From assembly GCA_001898625.1 (NCBI GenBank), contig MKUP01000027.1:180188-244187 (forward strand): a DNA stretch of 64,000 bases. Reading direction: 5' to 3'. Positions 55,839 through 64,000 of the stretch are shown piece after piece; within the stretch, counting starts at the first letter, position 1, and each line of letters starts with the position of its first letter. Source of the DNA: Burkholderiales bacterium 67-32. Lineage in GTDB: Bacteria; Pseudomonadota; Gammaproteobacteria; Burkholderiales; Burkholderiaceae_B. A program made the position numbers and the translations under genes. Under the pieces are notes generated by a model. It had not been told where the DNA came from, did no database searches, and saw nothing but the letters and a program-made list of their open reading frames with translations.

Positions 55839-56995
55839 TGGCCGCGCGCGGCTGGGCCGCCGCCTGGCGGGACACCCTGGCGGAACTGCTGCGCGACAAG
55901 GGTGCGCTGCTGCTGATCGTGCTGGCGCCGGTTTTCTACGGCTTCTTCTATCCCTGGCCCTATGCCACCGAAGTCCTGCAACGCGTGCCGGTGGCCATCG
56001 TGGACCTGGACCACTCCAGCCTGTCGCGCCAGATCGTGCGCTACGCCGATGCCAGCCCGGACCTACGCGTGGCGATGGTGACCGGCGATGAGGAAACCGC
56101 CAGGCAGGCGATGTGGCGTGGCGAGATCGAAGGCTACGCGCTGCTGACCCGGGACCTCAAGCGCAACGTGCTGCGCGGCCGGCCGGCGCCGGTCGTGGTC
56201 AGCACCAACGGCAGCTACGCGCTCTACAACAAGGCGGTGATGACCGGCTTCACGGCCGTGGTCGGCACGGTGTCGGCCGGCATCGAGATCGCGCAGCGCA
56301 CCGCGCGCGGCCAGGGGCGGGCCCAGGCCATGGCCGGCCGCAGCCCGGTCGGCGTCAGCGCGGTCGCCCTCTACAACCCCACCGGCGGCTATGGCAGCTA
56401 CGTCGTGCCGGCGGTGGCGCTGATCATCATGCAGCAGACGCTGCTGATGGGGGTCGCGATGCTGGCCGGCACCTGGGCCGAGGCCGGTCGCCTGCGGGCA
56501 TCGGCCTCGGTCTGGCTGGGGCGCGTGCTGGCCTTCTCCACCGCCGGCCTGTTCGCGGGGCTGGTCTACTTCGGCTGGATATTCTGGCTGCAGGACTACC
56601 CGCGCGGCGGCAATCCGCTGGGGGCGCTGGTGCTGCTGCTGTGCTATGCCCCGGCGATCAGCGTGGCGGGGGCGCTGCTGGGCGCCTGGCTCAAGGACCG
56701 CGAGCAGGCGTTGCAGGCATGGCTGTTCACGTCGCTGCCCATCGCTTTCCTGTCCGGCTTCGCGTGGCCGGTGGAGAGCCTGCCGCCGGTGCTGCAGGCG
56801 GCGCGCTGGATCTTTCCCAGCACCGCCGGCATCGATGCTTCGCTCAGGCTGAACCAGATGGGGGCGCCGCTGGCCGACGTGGCGGGGTCGCTGTCGTGGC
56901 TGGCGGCCTGGGCGCTGGCGGGCTTTGCCGCGCTGGCCTGGTGGATGCGTCCCCGGGAGCCGGGGACGCTCCGTGGGGACGTCAGATCTGCGTGA
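55835..56995 (+). CDS. ABC-2 type transporter permease (second paralogous subunit), no ATPase domain
   Basis: 386 aa. ATGA overlap with the upstream permease. Same architecture ([15 protein letters not shown]...). Confidence 0.85.
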   Translation: MMAARGWAAAWRDTLAELLRDKGALLLIVLAPVFYGFFYPWPYATEVLQRVPVAIVDLDHSSLSRQIVRYADASPDLRVAMVTGDEETARQAMWRGEIEGYALLTRDLKRNVLRGRPAPVVVSTNGSYALYNKAVMTGFTAVVGTVSAGIEIAQRTARGQGRAQAMAGRSPVGVSAVALYNPTGGYGSYVVPAVALIIMQQTLLMGVAMLAGTWAEAGRLRASASVWLGRVLAFSTAGLFAGLVYFGWIFWLQDYPRGGNPLGALVLLLCYAPAISVAGALLGAWLKDREQALQAWLFTSLPIAFLSGFAWPVESLPPVLQAARWIFPSTAGIDASLRLNQMGAPLADVAGSLSWLAAWALAGFAALAWWMRPREPGTLRGDVRSA

Positions 56996-58409
56996 TGAAC
57001 TTGGTCACGAGATAGCCGTCGAAGGTCTCGATGCCGCCTTCGCTGCCTATGCCCGAGTCCTTCACGCCGCCGAAGGGCGTCTCGGCCAGGGCGACGCCGA
57101 AGTGGTTGATGTTGACCATCCCGGCTTCCAGGCCGTTGGACACGGCGGTCGCGGTTTTCAGCGAGTTCGTGAATACATACGAGGCCAGGCCGAAGGGCAG
57201 GCTGTTGGCGCGCTTGAGCACTTCGTCGGTGGTCTTGAACCGCGTGACCGGGGCGATGGGGCCGAAGGGTTCCTCGGTCATCAGCTTGGAATCGTCGGGG
57301 ATGTCGGTCACGACGGCGGGCGAGAAGAAGTTGCCTTTTTCGCCCATGCGCGAGCCGCCCGTCACGATACGGCCGCCGCGTTGGCTGGCGTCGTCCAGGA
57401 AGGTTTCCATGGCCATCAGCCGGCGCTCGTGGGCCAGCGGACCCATTTCCACGCCCTTGCCCAGGCCGTCGCCGACCTTGATGGAGGCGATGGTATCGGC
57501 GAAGCGCGCCACGAACTTGTCATAGGCCTTTTCCTGGACGTAGAAGCGGGTGGGCGAGATGCACACCTGGCCGGCGTTGCGGATCTTCATGCGCGCCAGC
57601 ATCTCGGCCGCCGGCTCGACGTCGGCGTCGTCGAACACCAGTACCGGCGAGTGGCCGCCCAGCTCCATGGTGGTGCGTTTCATGTGGGCACCGGCCAGCG
57701 CCGACAACTGCTTGCCCACCGGCACCGAGCCGGTGAACGAGATCTTGCGCACGATGGGCGATTCGATCAGGTAGCTGGAGATCTCGCTGGGCACGCCCCA
57801 GACGATGTTCAGCACGCCCGGGGGCAGGCCGGCGTCATGGAACAGTTGGGCCATGGCGACCACCGCGCTGGGCGTGTCTTCCGGACCCTTCAGGATGATG
57901 GTGCAGCCGGCCGCGACGGCCGCCGAGACCTTGCGGATGGCCTGGTTGAACGGGAAGTTCCAGGGCGTGAACGCGGCGCAGACGCCCACCGGCTCGCGTA
58001 CGACGAACTGGCGCACGGCGGGGTTGCGGGGCGGGATCACGCGGCCGTAGATGCGGCGGCATTCCTCGGCGTGCCATTCGGCGTGTTCGGAGCAGGTCAT
58101 GATCTCGGCCACGGCCTCGGCCAGCGGCTTGCCCTGGTCCAGCGTCAAGTTGTGTCCGATCTGCTGGGCACGCTCGCGCGCCAGTTCGGCCACCTTGCGC
58201 AGGATGCGCGAACGCTCCAGGGGCGAGGTCTTCTTCCAGCTTTCGAAGGCCCGCTGGGCAGCCGCCAGGGCGCGGTCGAGATCCGCGCGCGAGGCGTGCG
58301 GCAGCTTGCCGAGCACTTCCCCGGTGGCGGGATTGACGACGTCCTGCTCGCGCCGGTCGCCGCCTTGGATGAATTCGCCATCGATGTAAAGGGCGAGGTC
58401 CTGATACAT
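56982..58409 (-). CDS. NAD(P)-dependent aldehyde dehydrogenase
   Basis: 475 aa from MYQDL with an AGGAG Shine-Dalgarno. MELGGHSP and [10 protein letters not shown] catalytic blocks, plus [11 protein letters not shown]. Confidence 0.92.
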   Translation of the reverse strand: MYQDLALYIDGEFIQGGDRREQDVVNPATGEVLGKLPHASRADLDRALAAAQRAFESWKKTSPLERSRILRKVAELARERAQQIGHNLTLDQGKPLAEAVAEIMTCSEHAEWHAEECRRIYGRVIPPRNPAVRQFVVREPVGVCAAFTPWNFPFNQAIRKVSAAVAAGCTIILKGPEDTPSAVVAMAQLFHDAGLPPGVLNIVWGVPSEISSYLIESPIVRKISFTGSVPVGKQLSALAGAHMKRTTMELGGHSPVLVFDDADVEPAAEMLARMKIRNAGQVCISPTRFYVQEKAYDKFVARFADTIASIKVGDGLGKGVEMGPLAHERRLMAMETFLDDASQRGGRIVTGGSRMGEKGNFFSPAVVTDIPDDSKLMTEEPFGPIAPVTRFKTTDEVLKRANSLPFGLASYVFTNSLKTATAVSNGLEAGMVNINHFGVALAETPFGGVKDSGIGSEGGIETFDGYLVTKFITQI

Positions 58410-58425
58410 GCCAGTCTCCTGAGGT

Positions 58426-58451
58426 CGGAGTCCGGAACGTTCCGGACTCCG
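58426..58451. promoter_or_regulatory. 26-bp perfect palindrome (cggagtccggaac|gttccggactccg)
   Basis: 13-bp arms with no spacer. Lies 17 nt upstream of the ALDH start codon, in the divergent ALDH/GntR intergenic region. Confidence 0.6.
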
Positions 58452-58573
58452 GAAGCCAAATGCAACTCCATAGACTAGCATGGCCGGGTGATTTTCCGCA
58501 TGCGCCGCCCGCCCCGCATGCTATCTTCTGGGTACTTTTCCCCTTACCCCGAACCTTGCGTATCCCCCGCGGC

Positions 58574-59326
58574 ATGCCGGCAGGACGAGACCCGAAAACA
58601 CCGCCCGGCGACAGCCCCCGCTACCGCCAGATCCTGGATGCGCTGCTGGCCCGCATCGAGCACGGCATTTATCCGGTGGGCGGCCATGTCCCCACCGAAG
58701 GCGAGCTGTGCCGCGAGTTCGAGGCCAGCCGCTACACGATACGCGCCGCGCTGGCCCATCTGGTCGAGCATGGCATGGTCGAACGCCGCCCGGGCATCGG
58801 GACGGTGGTGCTGGCATCGCGGTCGCGGCGGGCCTACCAGCAGTCGATCGCCTCGCTGTCCGACCTGTTCCAGTACGCGCTGGACACCCATGTGGAGATC
58901 CGCGGCTCGAACCTGGTGGCGCTGGACGCGGCCACCGCGGCCATGCTGGGCGCGCGCGAGGGCGACCGCTGGTTGCAGGTGGACAGCGTGCGCTGGACCG
59001 AGCGGGGCGGCGCGCCCATCTGCTGCACCAGTTCCTTCCTGCCCGAGCGGTTGGCGTGGATAGGGCCCGAGCTGCCCGGCTGCGTGGGGCCTTTCTATGC
59101 CCATATCGAGGCCCGCGCGGGCGAGCCCATCGTGCGCGCTACGCAGGAGATCCGCGCCGAGCCCATGCCGGCCCATCTGCGGCCGCTGCTGGATGAGCGC
59201 CGCGAGGCGATTGCGCTGTGCCTGATCCGCCATTATTTCTCGGCGGCGGGCAGCGTCATCTGTTCGTTCAACTGGCATCCGGCGGCCAGCTTCAGCTACC
59301 GGATGGAGATCGAGCGCCGGGGTTAG
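58574..59326 (+). CDS. GntR family transcriptional regulator, HutC subfamily (UTRA effector domain)
   Basis: 250 aa from ATG 58574. wHTH PTEGELCREFEASRYTIRAALAHLVEHGMVERRPGIGTVV followed by a UTRA-like beta/alpha C-terminal domain. Confidence 0.85.
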   Translation: MPAGRDPKTPPGDSPRYRQILDALLARIEHGIYPVGGHVPTEGELCREFEASRYTIRAALAHLVEHGMVERRPGIGTVVLASRSRRAYQQSIASLSDLFQYALDTHVEIRGSNLVALDAATAAMLGAREGDRWLQVDSVRWTERGGAPICCTSSFLPERLAWIGPELPGCVGPFYAHIEARAGEPIVRATQEIRAEPMPAHLRPLLDERREAIALCLIRHYFSAAGSVICSFNWHPAASFSYRMEIERRG

Positions 59327-59329
59327 GGC

Positions 59330-60172
59330 CTACATGATGGCCGGCTTGTCCACGTGCGGCGCGCGGGCGCCTTCGGCGGCCAGTTCGGCCGGCAGCGATT
59401 CGTTCCACAGTCGCGCTGTGTAGCGTTCGCCGGTGCGGCCGTTGGAGGCGTCCGAGCATAGCCACAGGATGCCGCGCCGCATGATGGAGGCGGGCAGCAG
59501 GCTGCCGTCGGCGCCTTTCCTGTTGGGGCCGCCGGGCAGGAAGTCGGTGTCGGCGGCGCCGCCGGGCAGGTAGACGTTCACGTCCACGCCGGTGCCTTCC
59601 AGGTCCTGGGACCAGATGCGCGAGGCGGCCTCCAGCGCGGCCTTGCTCGGTCCGTAGGGCGAATAGCCCCGGCGCACCATGGTCTGGTCGCTGGTCGAGA
59701 CGTTGATGATCTTGCCGAAGCCCTGGGCCACCATCAGGGGCGCGGCGGCGCGCGCCATGTTGAAGGCGCCGTTGATGTTGGTGTCGATGATGGCGCGCCA
59801 GGCCTGCGGGTCGGTCTGCCAGAAGCGCGCGGGCTCGGTGGTGAAGGTGCCGCTGATGACGCCCATGCCTATGCCCGCATTGTTCACCAGCACGTGCAGA
59901 GCGCCGAAATGGTCGCGGATCTCGGCCACCGCACGCGCGCAGTGTTCGAAGCGCGTGACGTCGGCGACGATGGCGAACATGCGTCCGATGCCGGCCGTGG
60001 CCTGGGCCTGCGCCATGGTCTCGTGCATGGCGTCCGAGGCGTGGGCGCCGGTGATCGCGACCCGGGCGCCCGCCGCCACCAGCGCCAGCGCCATTTCGCG
60101 TCCCAGTCCGCGCGTGCCGCCCGTGACCAGTACGACGCGGTCGCGCAGGGATGCCGTGTAATCTGCCGTCAT
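59330..60172 (-). CDS. Short-chain dehydrogenase/reductase
   Basis: 280 aa from MTADYT with an AGGAG Shine-Dalgarno. VTGGTRGLG, NNAG and YGPSKAA motifs. Confidence 0.88.
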   Translation of the reverse strand: MTADYTASLRDRVVLVTGGTRGLGREMALALVAAGARVAITGAHASDAMHETMAQAQATAGIGRMFAIVADVTRFEHCARAVAEIRDHFGALHVLVNNAGIGMGVISGTFTTEPARFWQTDPQAWRAIIDTNINGAFNMARAAAPLMVAQGFGKIINVSTSDQTMVRRGYSPYGPSKAALEAASRIWSQDLEGTGVDVNVYLPGGAADTDFLPGGPNRKGADGSLLPASIMRRGILWLCSDASNGRTGERYTARLWNESLPAELAAEGARAPHVDKPAIM

Positions 60173-60266
60173 GACGTTCGCTCCTGGAAGAGGCGCCCAT
60201 TCGGCCGCACCGCCCGGTGCCCGTATCGCGCCGCGTATGTCCCAGTGTAGCGGCTTGATGGGCGGG

Positions 60267-60288
60267 CCGGGGCAGCCGGCTGCCCCGG
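60267..60288. repeat. 22-bp perfect GC-rich palindrome (ccggggcagcc|ggctgccccgg)
   Basis: Exact self-complement in the SDR/HMG-CoA-lyase-like divergent intergenic region. Confidence 0.6.
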
Positions 60289-60296
60289 GATGCCAG

Positions 60297-60310
60297 TTTG
60301 TCCGGACAAA
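60297..60310. promoter_or_regulatory. 14-bp perfect palindrome TTTGTCCGGACAAA (candidate operator)
   Basis: Exact self-complement about 40 nt upstream of ATG 60350. Confidence 0.45.
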
Positions 60311-60349
60311 GCTATACTTTTCCCGACCACAGATACCAGGAGACCCGGC

Positions 60350-61267
60350 ATGGACGGCCACGTGGAGATCATCGACGTCGCGCCGCGCGACGGCATCCAG
60401 AACGAGCGCGTGCTGCTGCCCGCGGCGGACAAGATCGAACTGATCCGGCGCATCGCCGATGCCGGCGGCAGGCGGATCGAGGCGACCAGCTTCGTCAATC
60501 CGAAGCGGGTGCCGCAGATGGCCGATGCCGAGGCCGTCATGGCAGGCATCGAGCGCCGTCCGGGCCTGTCGCTGATCGGTCTGGTGCTCAACGAGCCCGG
60601 CCTGGCGCGCGCGCGGGCGGCCGGCTGCGACGAGGCCAACGTGGTGGTGGTGGCCAGCGAGACCTTCTCGCGCAAGAACCAGGGCGCGGGTGTGGCCGAC
60701 GTGGTCGCGGCCGCCTCGGCCATCCTGGCGGGCGCGCGGGCGGCCGGCATGCGGACGTCCGTCACCGTCGGCGCCGCCTTCGGCTGCCCCTTCGAGGGCG
60801 AGGTGCCCGCGCAGCGGGTGCTGGCCCTGGTGGAGTCGCTGCTGCCGGCACGGCCGGACGAGATCGCGCTGGCCGACACCATAGGCTGCGGCGTGCCCAG
60901 CCAGGTGCGCGAGCTGCTGGCCGGTACGCGCGCGCTGGCGCCGCAGGCGCGCCTGCGCTGCCATTTCCACAATACGCGCAATACCGGCATCGCCAATGTG
61001 CTGGCGGCGCTGGAGGCCGGCGTGGATGCCCTGGACGCCAGCACGGGCGGTTTCGGCGGCTGCCCCTTTGCCCCGGCGGCCACCGGCAACATCGCTACCG
61101 AGGACGTCGTCTATATGCTGGAGCGCATGGGCATGGCCACCGGCATCGACCTGGACGCCGTGCTGCGGACGGCGGAATGGCTGGGCGAGCGGCTGCAGCG
61201 GCCCGCCATAGGTGGCGTCAGCCGCGCCGGCCGCTTCCCGTCCCCGGCTGTGCAGGCCTGCGCGTAG
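60350..61267 (+). CDS. Hydroxymethylglutaryl-CoA lyase family protein (DRE-TIM metallolyase)
   Basis: 305 aa from MDGHVEII, preceded by CAGGAGA. DVAPRDGIQNE and HFHNTRNTG metal-ligand blocks. Confidence 0.88.
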   Translation: MDGHVEIIDVAPRDGIQNERVLLPAADKIELIRRIADAGGRRIEATSFVNPKRVPQMADAEAVMAGIERRPGLSLIGLVLNEPGLARARAAGCDEANVVVVASETFSRKNQGAGVADVVAAASAILAGARAAGMRTSVTVGAAFGCPFEGEVPAQRVLALVESLLPARPDEIALADTIGCGVPSQVRELLAGTRALAPQARLRCHFHNTRNTGIANVLAALEAGVDALDASTGGFGGCPFAPAATGNIATEDVVYMLERMGMATGIDLDAVLRTAEWLGERLQRPAIGGVSRAGRFPSPAVQACA

Positions 61268-61317
61268 CGGCCACGGCCCGGGCCTGGACTATCATGACGT
61301 GCTGAGAATGACGTGGA

Positions 61318-62310
61318 GTGGCAACGACGATGGACAACGTCGATCTGGACGTCCTGCGGCGCCTGGCCCAGTGGCGGCGGGAAGGGCACAAGGTCGTGCT
61401 GGGCACGGTGACGCGTACCTGGGGCTCGGCGCCCCGGCCCATCGGCGCGATGGTGGCCGTGCGCGGCGATGGCTCGATCGCCGGCTCGGTGTCGGGCGGC
61501 TGTATCGAGGACGACCTGTCGGACAAGGCGCGCACGGGCGCATGGCCCACGGACGCGCCCAGCGTGGTGCGCTACGGTGTTTCCGCCGAGGAGGCCACGC
61601 GCTTCGGCCTGCCCTGTGGCGGCACGCTGGAACTGGTCCTGGAGCCGGTGGCCGACCACAGCGGGGTGGAAGACCTGCTGACCGAGCTGACCCAGGGCCA
61701 CCGGGTGCTGCGCCGGCTGGACCTGGCCACCGGTCGTGCCGCGCTGGAAACCGCCAGCGACCGCGCCGATACGCTGTCGCTGACCGCCTCGGAGCTGGCA
61801 GCCACCCACGGACCGAGCTGGCGGCTGCTGATCATCGGCGCGGGGCAGATGTCGCAGTACCTGGCGCAGATGGCGCTGGCGCTGGACTACGAGGTCATCG
61901 TCTGCGATCCGCGCGAGGAATACTCGCAGGGCTGGGAGGTGCCGGGCGCGAACCTGGTGACCACCATGCCCGACGACACCGTCACCGAGATGCGTCCCGA
62001 CCGCCACACGGCCATTGTCGCGCTGACCCACGATCCCAAGCTGGACGACCTGGCGCTGCTGGAGGCGCTCAAGTCCGAGGCCTTCTACGTCGGCGCGATC
62101 GGATCGCGGGCCAATCAGGCCAAGCGCCGAGAGCGGCTGGTGGAATTCGACCTGACCCCGGACGAGGTGGCCCGGCTGCATGGTCCGGTGGGCCTGCGCA
62201 TCGGGGCGCGCACGCCGCCCGAGATCGCCGTGGCCATCCTGGCCCAGATGACGGCCGAGCGATACGGTTTTCGCAAGCTCGAATTCGAGGCTCCGGACGC
62301 CGGCGCGTAA
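61318..62310 (+). CDS. XdhC/CoxI family molybdenum-cofactor insertion chaperone
   Basis: 330 aa with a GTG start (alternative ATG at 61330). The N-terminal XdhC domain has GSVSGGCIE. The C-terminal Rossmann-like domain has [14 protein letters not shown]. Confidence 0.82.
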   Translation: MATTMDNVDLDVLRRLAQWRREGHKVVLGTVTRTWGSAPRPIGAMVAVRGDGSIAGSVSGGCIEDDLSDKARTGAWPTDAPSVVRYGVSAEEATRFGLPCGGTLELVLEPVADHSGVEDLLTELTQGHRVLRRLDLATGRAALETASDRADTLSLTASELAATHGPSWRLLIIGAGQMSQYLAQMALALDYEVIVCDPREEYSQGWEVPGANLVTTMPDDTVTEMRPDRHTAIVALTHDPKLDDLALLEALKSEAFYVGAIGSRANQAKRRERLVEFDLTPDEVARLHGPVGLRIGARTPPEIAVAILAQMTAERYGFRKLEFEAPDAGA

Positions 62311-62344
62311 ACTATCGCGCCCTGTCGTTTTCCGGATTCTCGCC

Positions 62345-63121
62345 GTGCCCGCCGCCGTCAACATCGCCGCCTACCGTTTCCTGACCCTGGACGACCTGCC
62401 CGCGCTGCAAGCCGCGGCGCGGGACCGGGCGCTGGCGTGCGGGCTGAAGGGCACGGTGCTGCTGGCGCAGGAGGGCATCAACCTGTTCCTGGCCGGCACG
62501 CGCCAGGGCATCGACGCCTGGCTGGACTGGCTGCGCCACGGCGCGGCCTTCGGCGGGCGGCTGGCCGACATCGAGGTCAAGGAAAGCCTGTCCGCCCAGG
62601 TGCCGTTCCGCAAGCTGCTGGTGAAGATCAAGCGCGAGATCATCCGCATGGACCACCCGGCCATCCGGCCCGAGGCGGGACGGGCGCCGTCGGTCGAGGC
62701 CCGCACCCTGGCTCGCTGGCTGCGGCAGGGCCGCGACGACGAGGGGCGGGAGGTCGTCATGCTGGACACCCGCAATGCCTTCGAAGTGGACCACGGTACC
62801 TTCCGGGGTGCGATCGACTGGCGGATTTCCCGTTTCACGCAATTCCCGGCGGCGGTGCAGGCGAACCGGGACCAATTGGCCGGCAAGACCGTGGTGAGCT
62901 TCTGCACCGGCGGCATCCGCTGCGAGAAGGCGGCCATCTACATGGAACAGGCCGGCATCGAGCACATCTACCAGCTCGAGGGCGGGATCCTGAAATATTT
63001 CGAGGAAACCGGCGGGGAAGGCTACGACGGCGAGTGCTTCGTGTTCGACGGGCGCGAGTCGCTGGATCCCGCCCTGCGGCCCCGGCTGGACGGGCAGGAC
63101 GATCCGTCTCCGGCGTCCTAG
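62345..63121 (+). CDS. trhO: Rhodanese-domain protein of the UPF0176/YceA family (tRNA U34 hydroxylase TrhO-like)
   Basis: 258 aa with a GTG start. Family N-terminus [10 protein letters not shown], and the rhodanese active-site loop CTGGIRCEK. Confidence 0.82.
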   Translation: MPAAVNIAAYRFLTLDDLPALQAAARDRALACGLKGTVLLAQEGINLFLAGTRQGIDAWLDWLRHGAAFGGRLADIEVKESLSAQVPFRKLLVKIKREIIRMDHPAIRPEAGRAPSVEARTLARWLRQGRDDEGREVVMLDTRNAFEVDHGTFRGAIDWRISRFTQFPAAVQANRDQLAGKTVVSFCTGGIRCEKAAIYMEQAGIEHIYQLEGGILKYFEETGGEGYDGECFVFDGRESLDPALRPRLDGQDDPSPAS

Positions 63122-63244
63122 GCCAGGGGGCGCGCCGGCCCCCGTATTGTCCCGGCATCCGGGTAAAATACCCGGTTTCCCGTACCGGTCCGACCGCTCG
63201 CGCCGCCTCCGGTACAGCCACGCAACCCGCGCCGGACGATCCTC

Positions 63245-64000
63245 ATGTCTGCATTCATTTCCCCCGTTCCCGCCCCCAGCGGGTCCTCCGCCATCTCGTC
63301 GGTGCCGGAAATCGTGGCCGAGCTGCGCGCCGGCCGCATGGTCATCCTGGTCGACGAGGAGGACCGCGAGAACGAAGGCGATCTCGTCATGGCGGCCGAG
63401 TTCGTCACGCCCGAGGCCATCAATTTCATGGCCCGCTACGGACGCGGCCTGATCTGCCTGACGCTGACGGAGGACCGCTGCCGCCAGTTGAACCTGCCGC
63501 TCATGGTGTCGGCCAACGGCACCAAGCACGGCACCAATTTCACCGTTTCCATCGAGGCCGCCCAGGGCGTGACCACCGGCATCTCGGCCGCCGACCGCGC
63601 CCGTACCGTGCAGGCCGCCGTGGCGCGCGAGGCCAAGCCGTCCGACCTGGTGCAGCCTGGCCATATCTTCCCGCTGAAGGCCGCGCGCGGCGGCGTGCTG
63701 GCGCGCGCCGGCCACACCGAGGCCGGCTGCGACCTGACCGCCATGGCCGGGCTCACGCCCGCCTCGGTCATCTGCGAAGTGCTCAAGGACGACGGGTCCA
63801 TGGCGCGGCTGCCCGACCTGATCGAGTTCTCGCGCCAGCACGACGTCAAGATCGGCACCATCGCCGACCTGATCCAGTATCGCAGCGAGCACGAATCGCT
63901 GGTGCAGCGCGTGGCCGAGCGGCCGATCCGCACGGCGCACGGCATCTTCCGCGCCGTGATGTACCGCGACACGCCCAGCGGCGCGCCCCACCTCGCGCTG
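63245..64000 (+). CDS. ribBA: 3,4-dihydroxy-2-butanone-4-phosphate synthase / GTP cyclohydrolase II (RibBA), 5' part; continues beyond the window
   Basis: Absent from the ORF track because there is no stop within the window. My translation from ATG 63245 gives MSAFISP...[17 protein letters not shown]...[11 protein letters not shown]...[11 protein letters not shown], which are canonical RibB blocks. The frame stays open to nt 64000. Confidence 0.9.
   Translation, partial: MSAFISPVPAPSGSSAISSVPEIVAELRAGRMVILVDEEDRENEGDLVMAAEFVTPEAINFMARYGRGLICLTLTEDRCRQLNLPLMVSANGTKHGTNFTVSIEAAQGVTTGISAADRARTVQAAVAREAKPSDLVQPGHIFPLKAARGGVLARAGHTEAGCDLTAMAGLTPASVICEVLKDDGSMARLPDLIEFSRQHDVKIGTIADLIQYRSEHESLVQRVAERPIRTAHGIFRAVMYRDTPSGAPHLAL

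Noticed and set aside
63122-63244. Possible FMN (RFN) riboswitch upstream of ribBA
   Set aside because: The 123-nt leader is too short. It lacks the conserved RFN blocks (GGGUGAAAUUCCC..., ...CCGACGGU...AGUCCGGAUG). Only generic GC hairpins are present, for example ggggg..ccccc at 63126-63143, which may be a weak trhO terminator.
1-64000. Mobile elements, CRISPR arrays, tRNA/rRNA genes, toxin-antitoxin or phage-defence systems
   Set aside because: I read both strands and saw no transposase, integrase or recombinase motifs, no regularly spaced direct repeats, no tRNA-like T-arm/acceptor patterns and no defence-associated domains. The only long-range repeats are the paralogous dehydrogenase genes and the 17-nt promoter motif.

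Overview
This is a visibly GC-rich betaproteobacterial chromosome segment. Third codon positions are almost all G/C, and spurious antisense ORFs are everywhere. The content fits Alcaligenaceae (Bordetella/Achromobacter-like): five Bug-family TTT solute-binding proteins sit in 64 kb with no TctA/TctB partner. That taxonomic call is inference only.

I call 62 protein-coding genes. Two are partial at the window edges: the rplM 3' end and the ribBA 5' part. I also call three intrinsic terminators, one near-consensus sigma70 promoter, several candidate operators and palindromes, and one riboswitch (ZTP/pfl class, upstream of glyA).

Two housekeeping anchor groups (rplM-rpsI-argC-erpA ... anmK-M23 peptidase-tyrS, and glyA-nrdR-ribD ... 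ribBA) are separated by regulator-linked catabolic modules:
- A GntR-linked module with a four-component Rieske dioxygenase, a PrpD-like protein, an HpcH aldolase, a CoA-transferase and a nitronate monooxygenase.
- A module of Bug, class II aldolase, 2-hydroxyacid dehydrogenase and Hyi-like isomerase.
- A roughly 15-kb divergent supercluster: thioesterase, acyl-CoA synthetase and an MDR reductase on one side; a split TPP decarboxylase, ALDH, hydantoinase A/B, RidA, Bug and a molybdenum hydroxylase CoxLMS+G on the other.
- An IclR-linked module with a lone Rieske oxygenase, Bug and an SDR.
- An outer-membrane factor, a HlyD adaptor and two ABC-2 permeases with no ATPase gene.
- An ALDH, HutC-type GntR, SDR and HMG-CoA-lyase-like group.

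I found no rRNA, tRNA, CRISPR array, transposase, integrase or recognisable phage-defence system. The least-described candidates are the ATPase-less tripartite ABC-2 efflux operon, the TPP/Hyu/Mo-hydroxylase supercluster of unknown substrate, and a 17-nt AT-rich palindromic motif shared by two promoters 10 kb apart. All functional calls come from motif and family recognition by eye. No database search was run.
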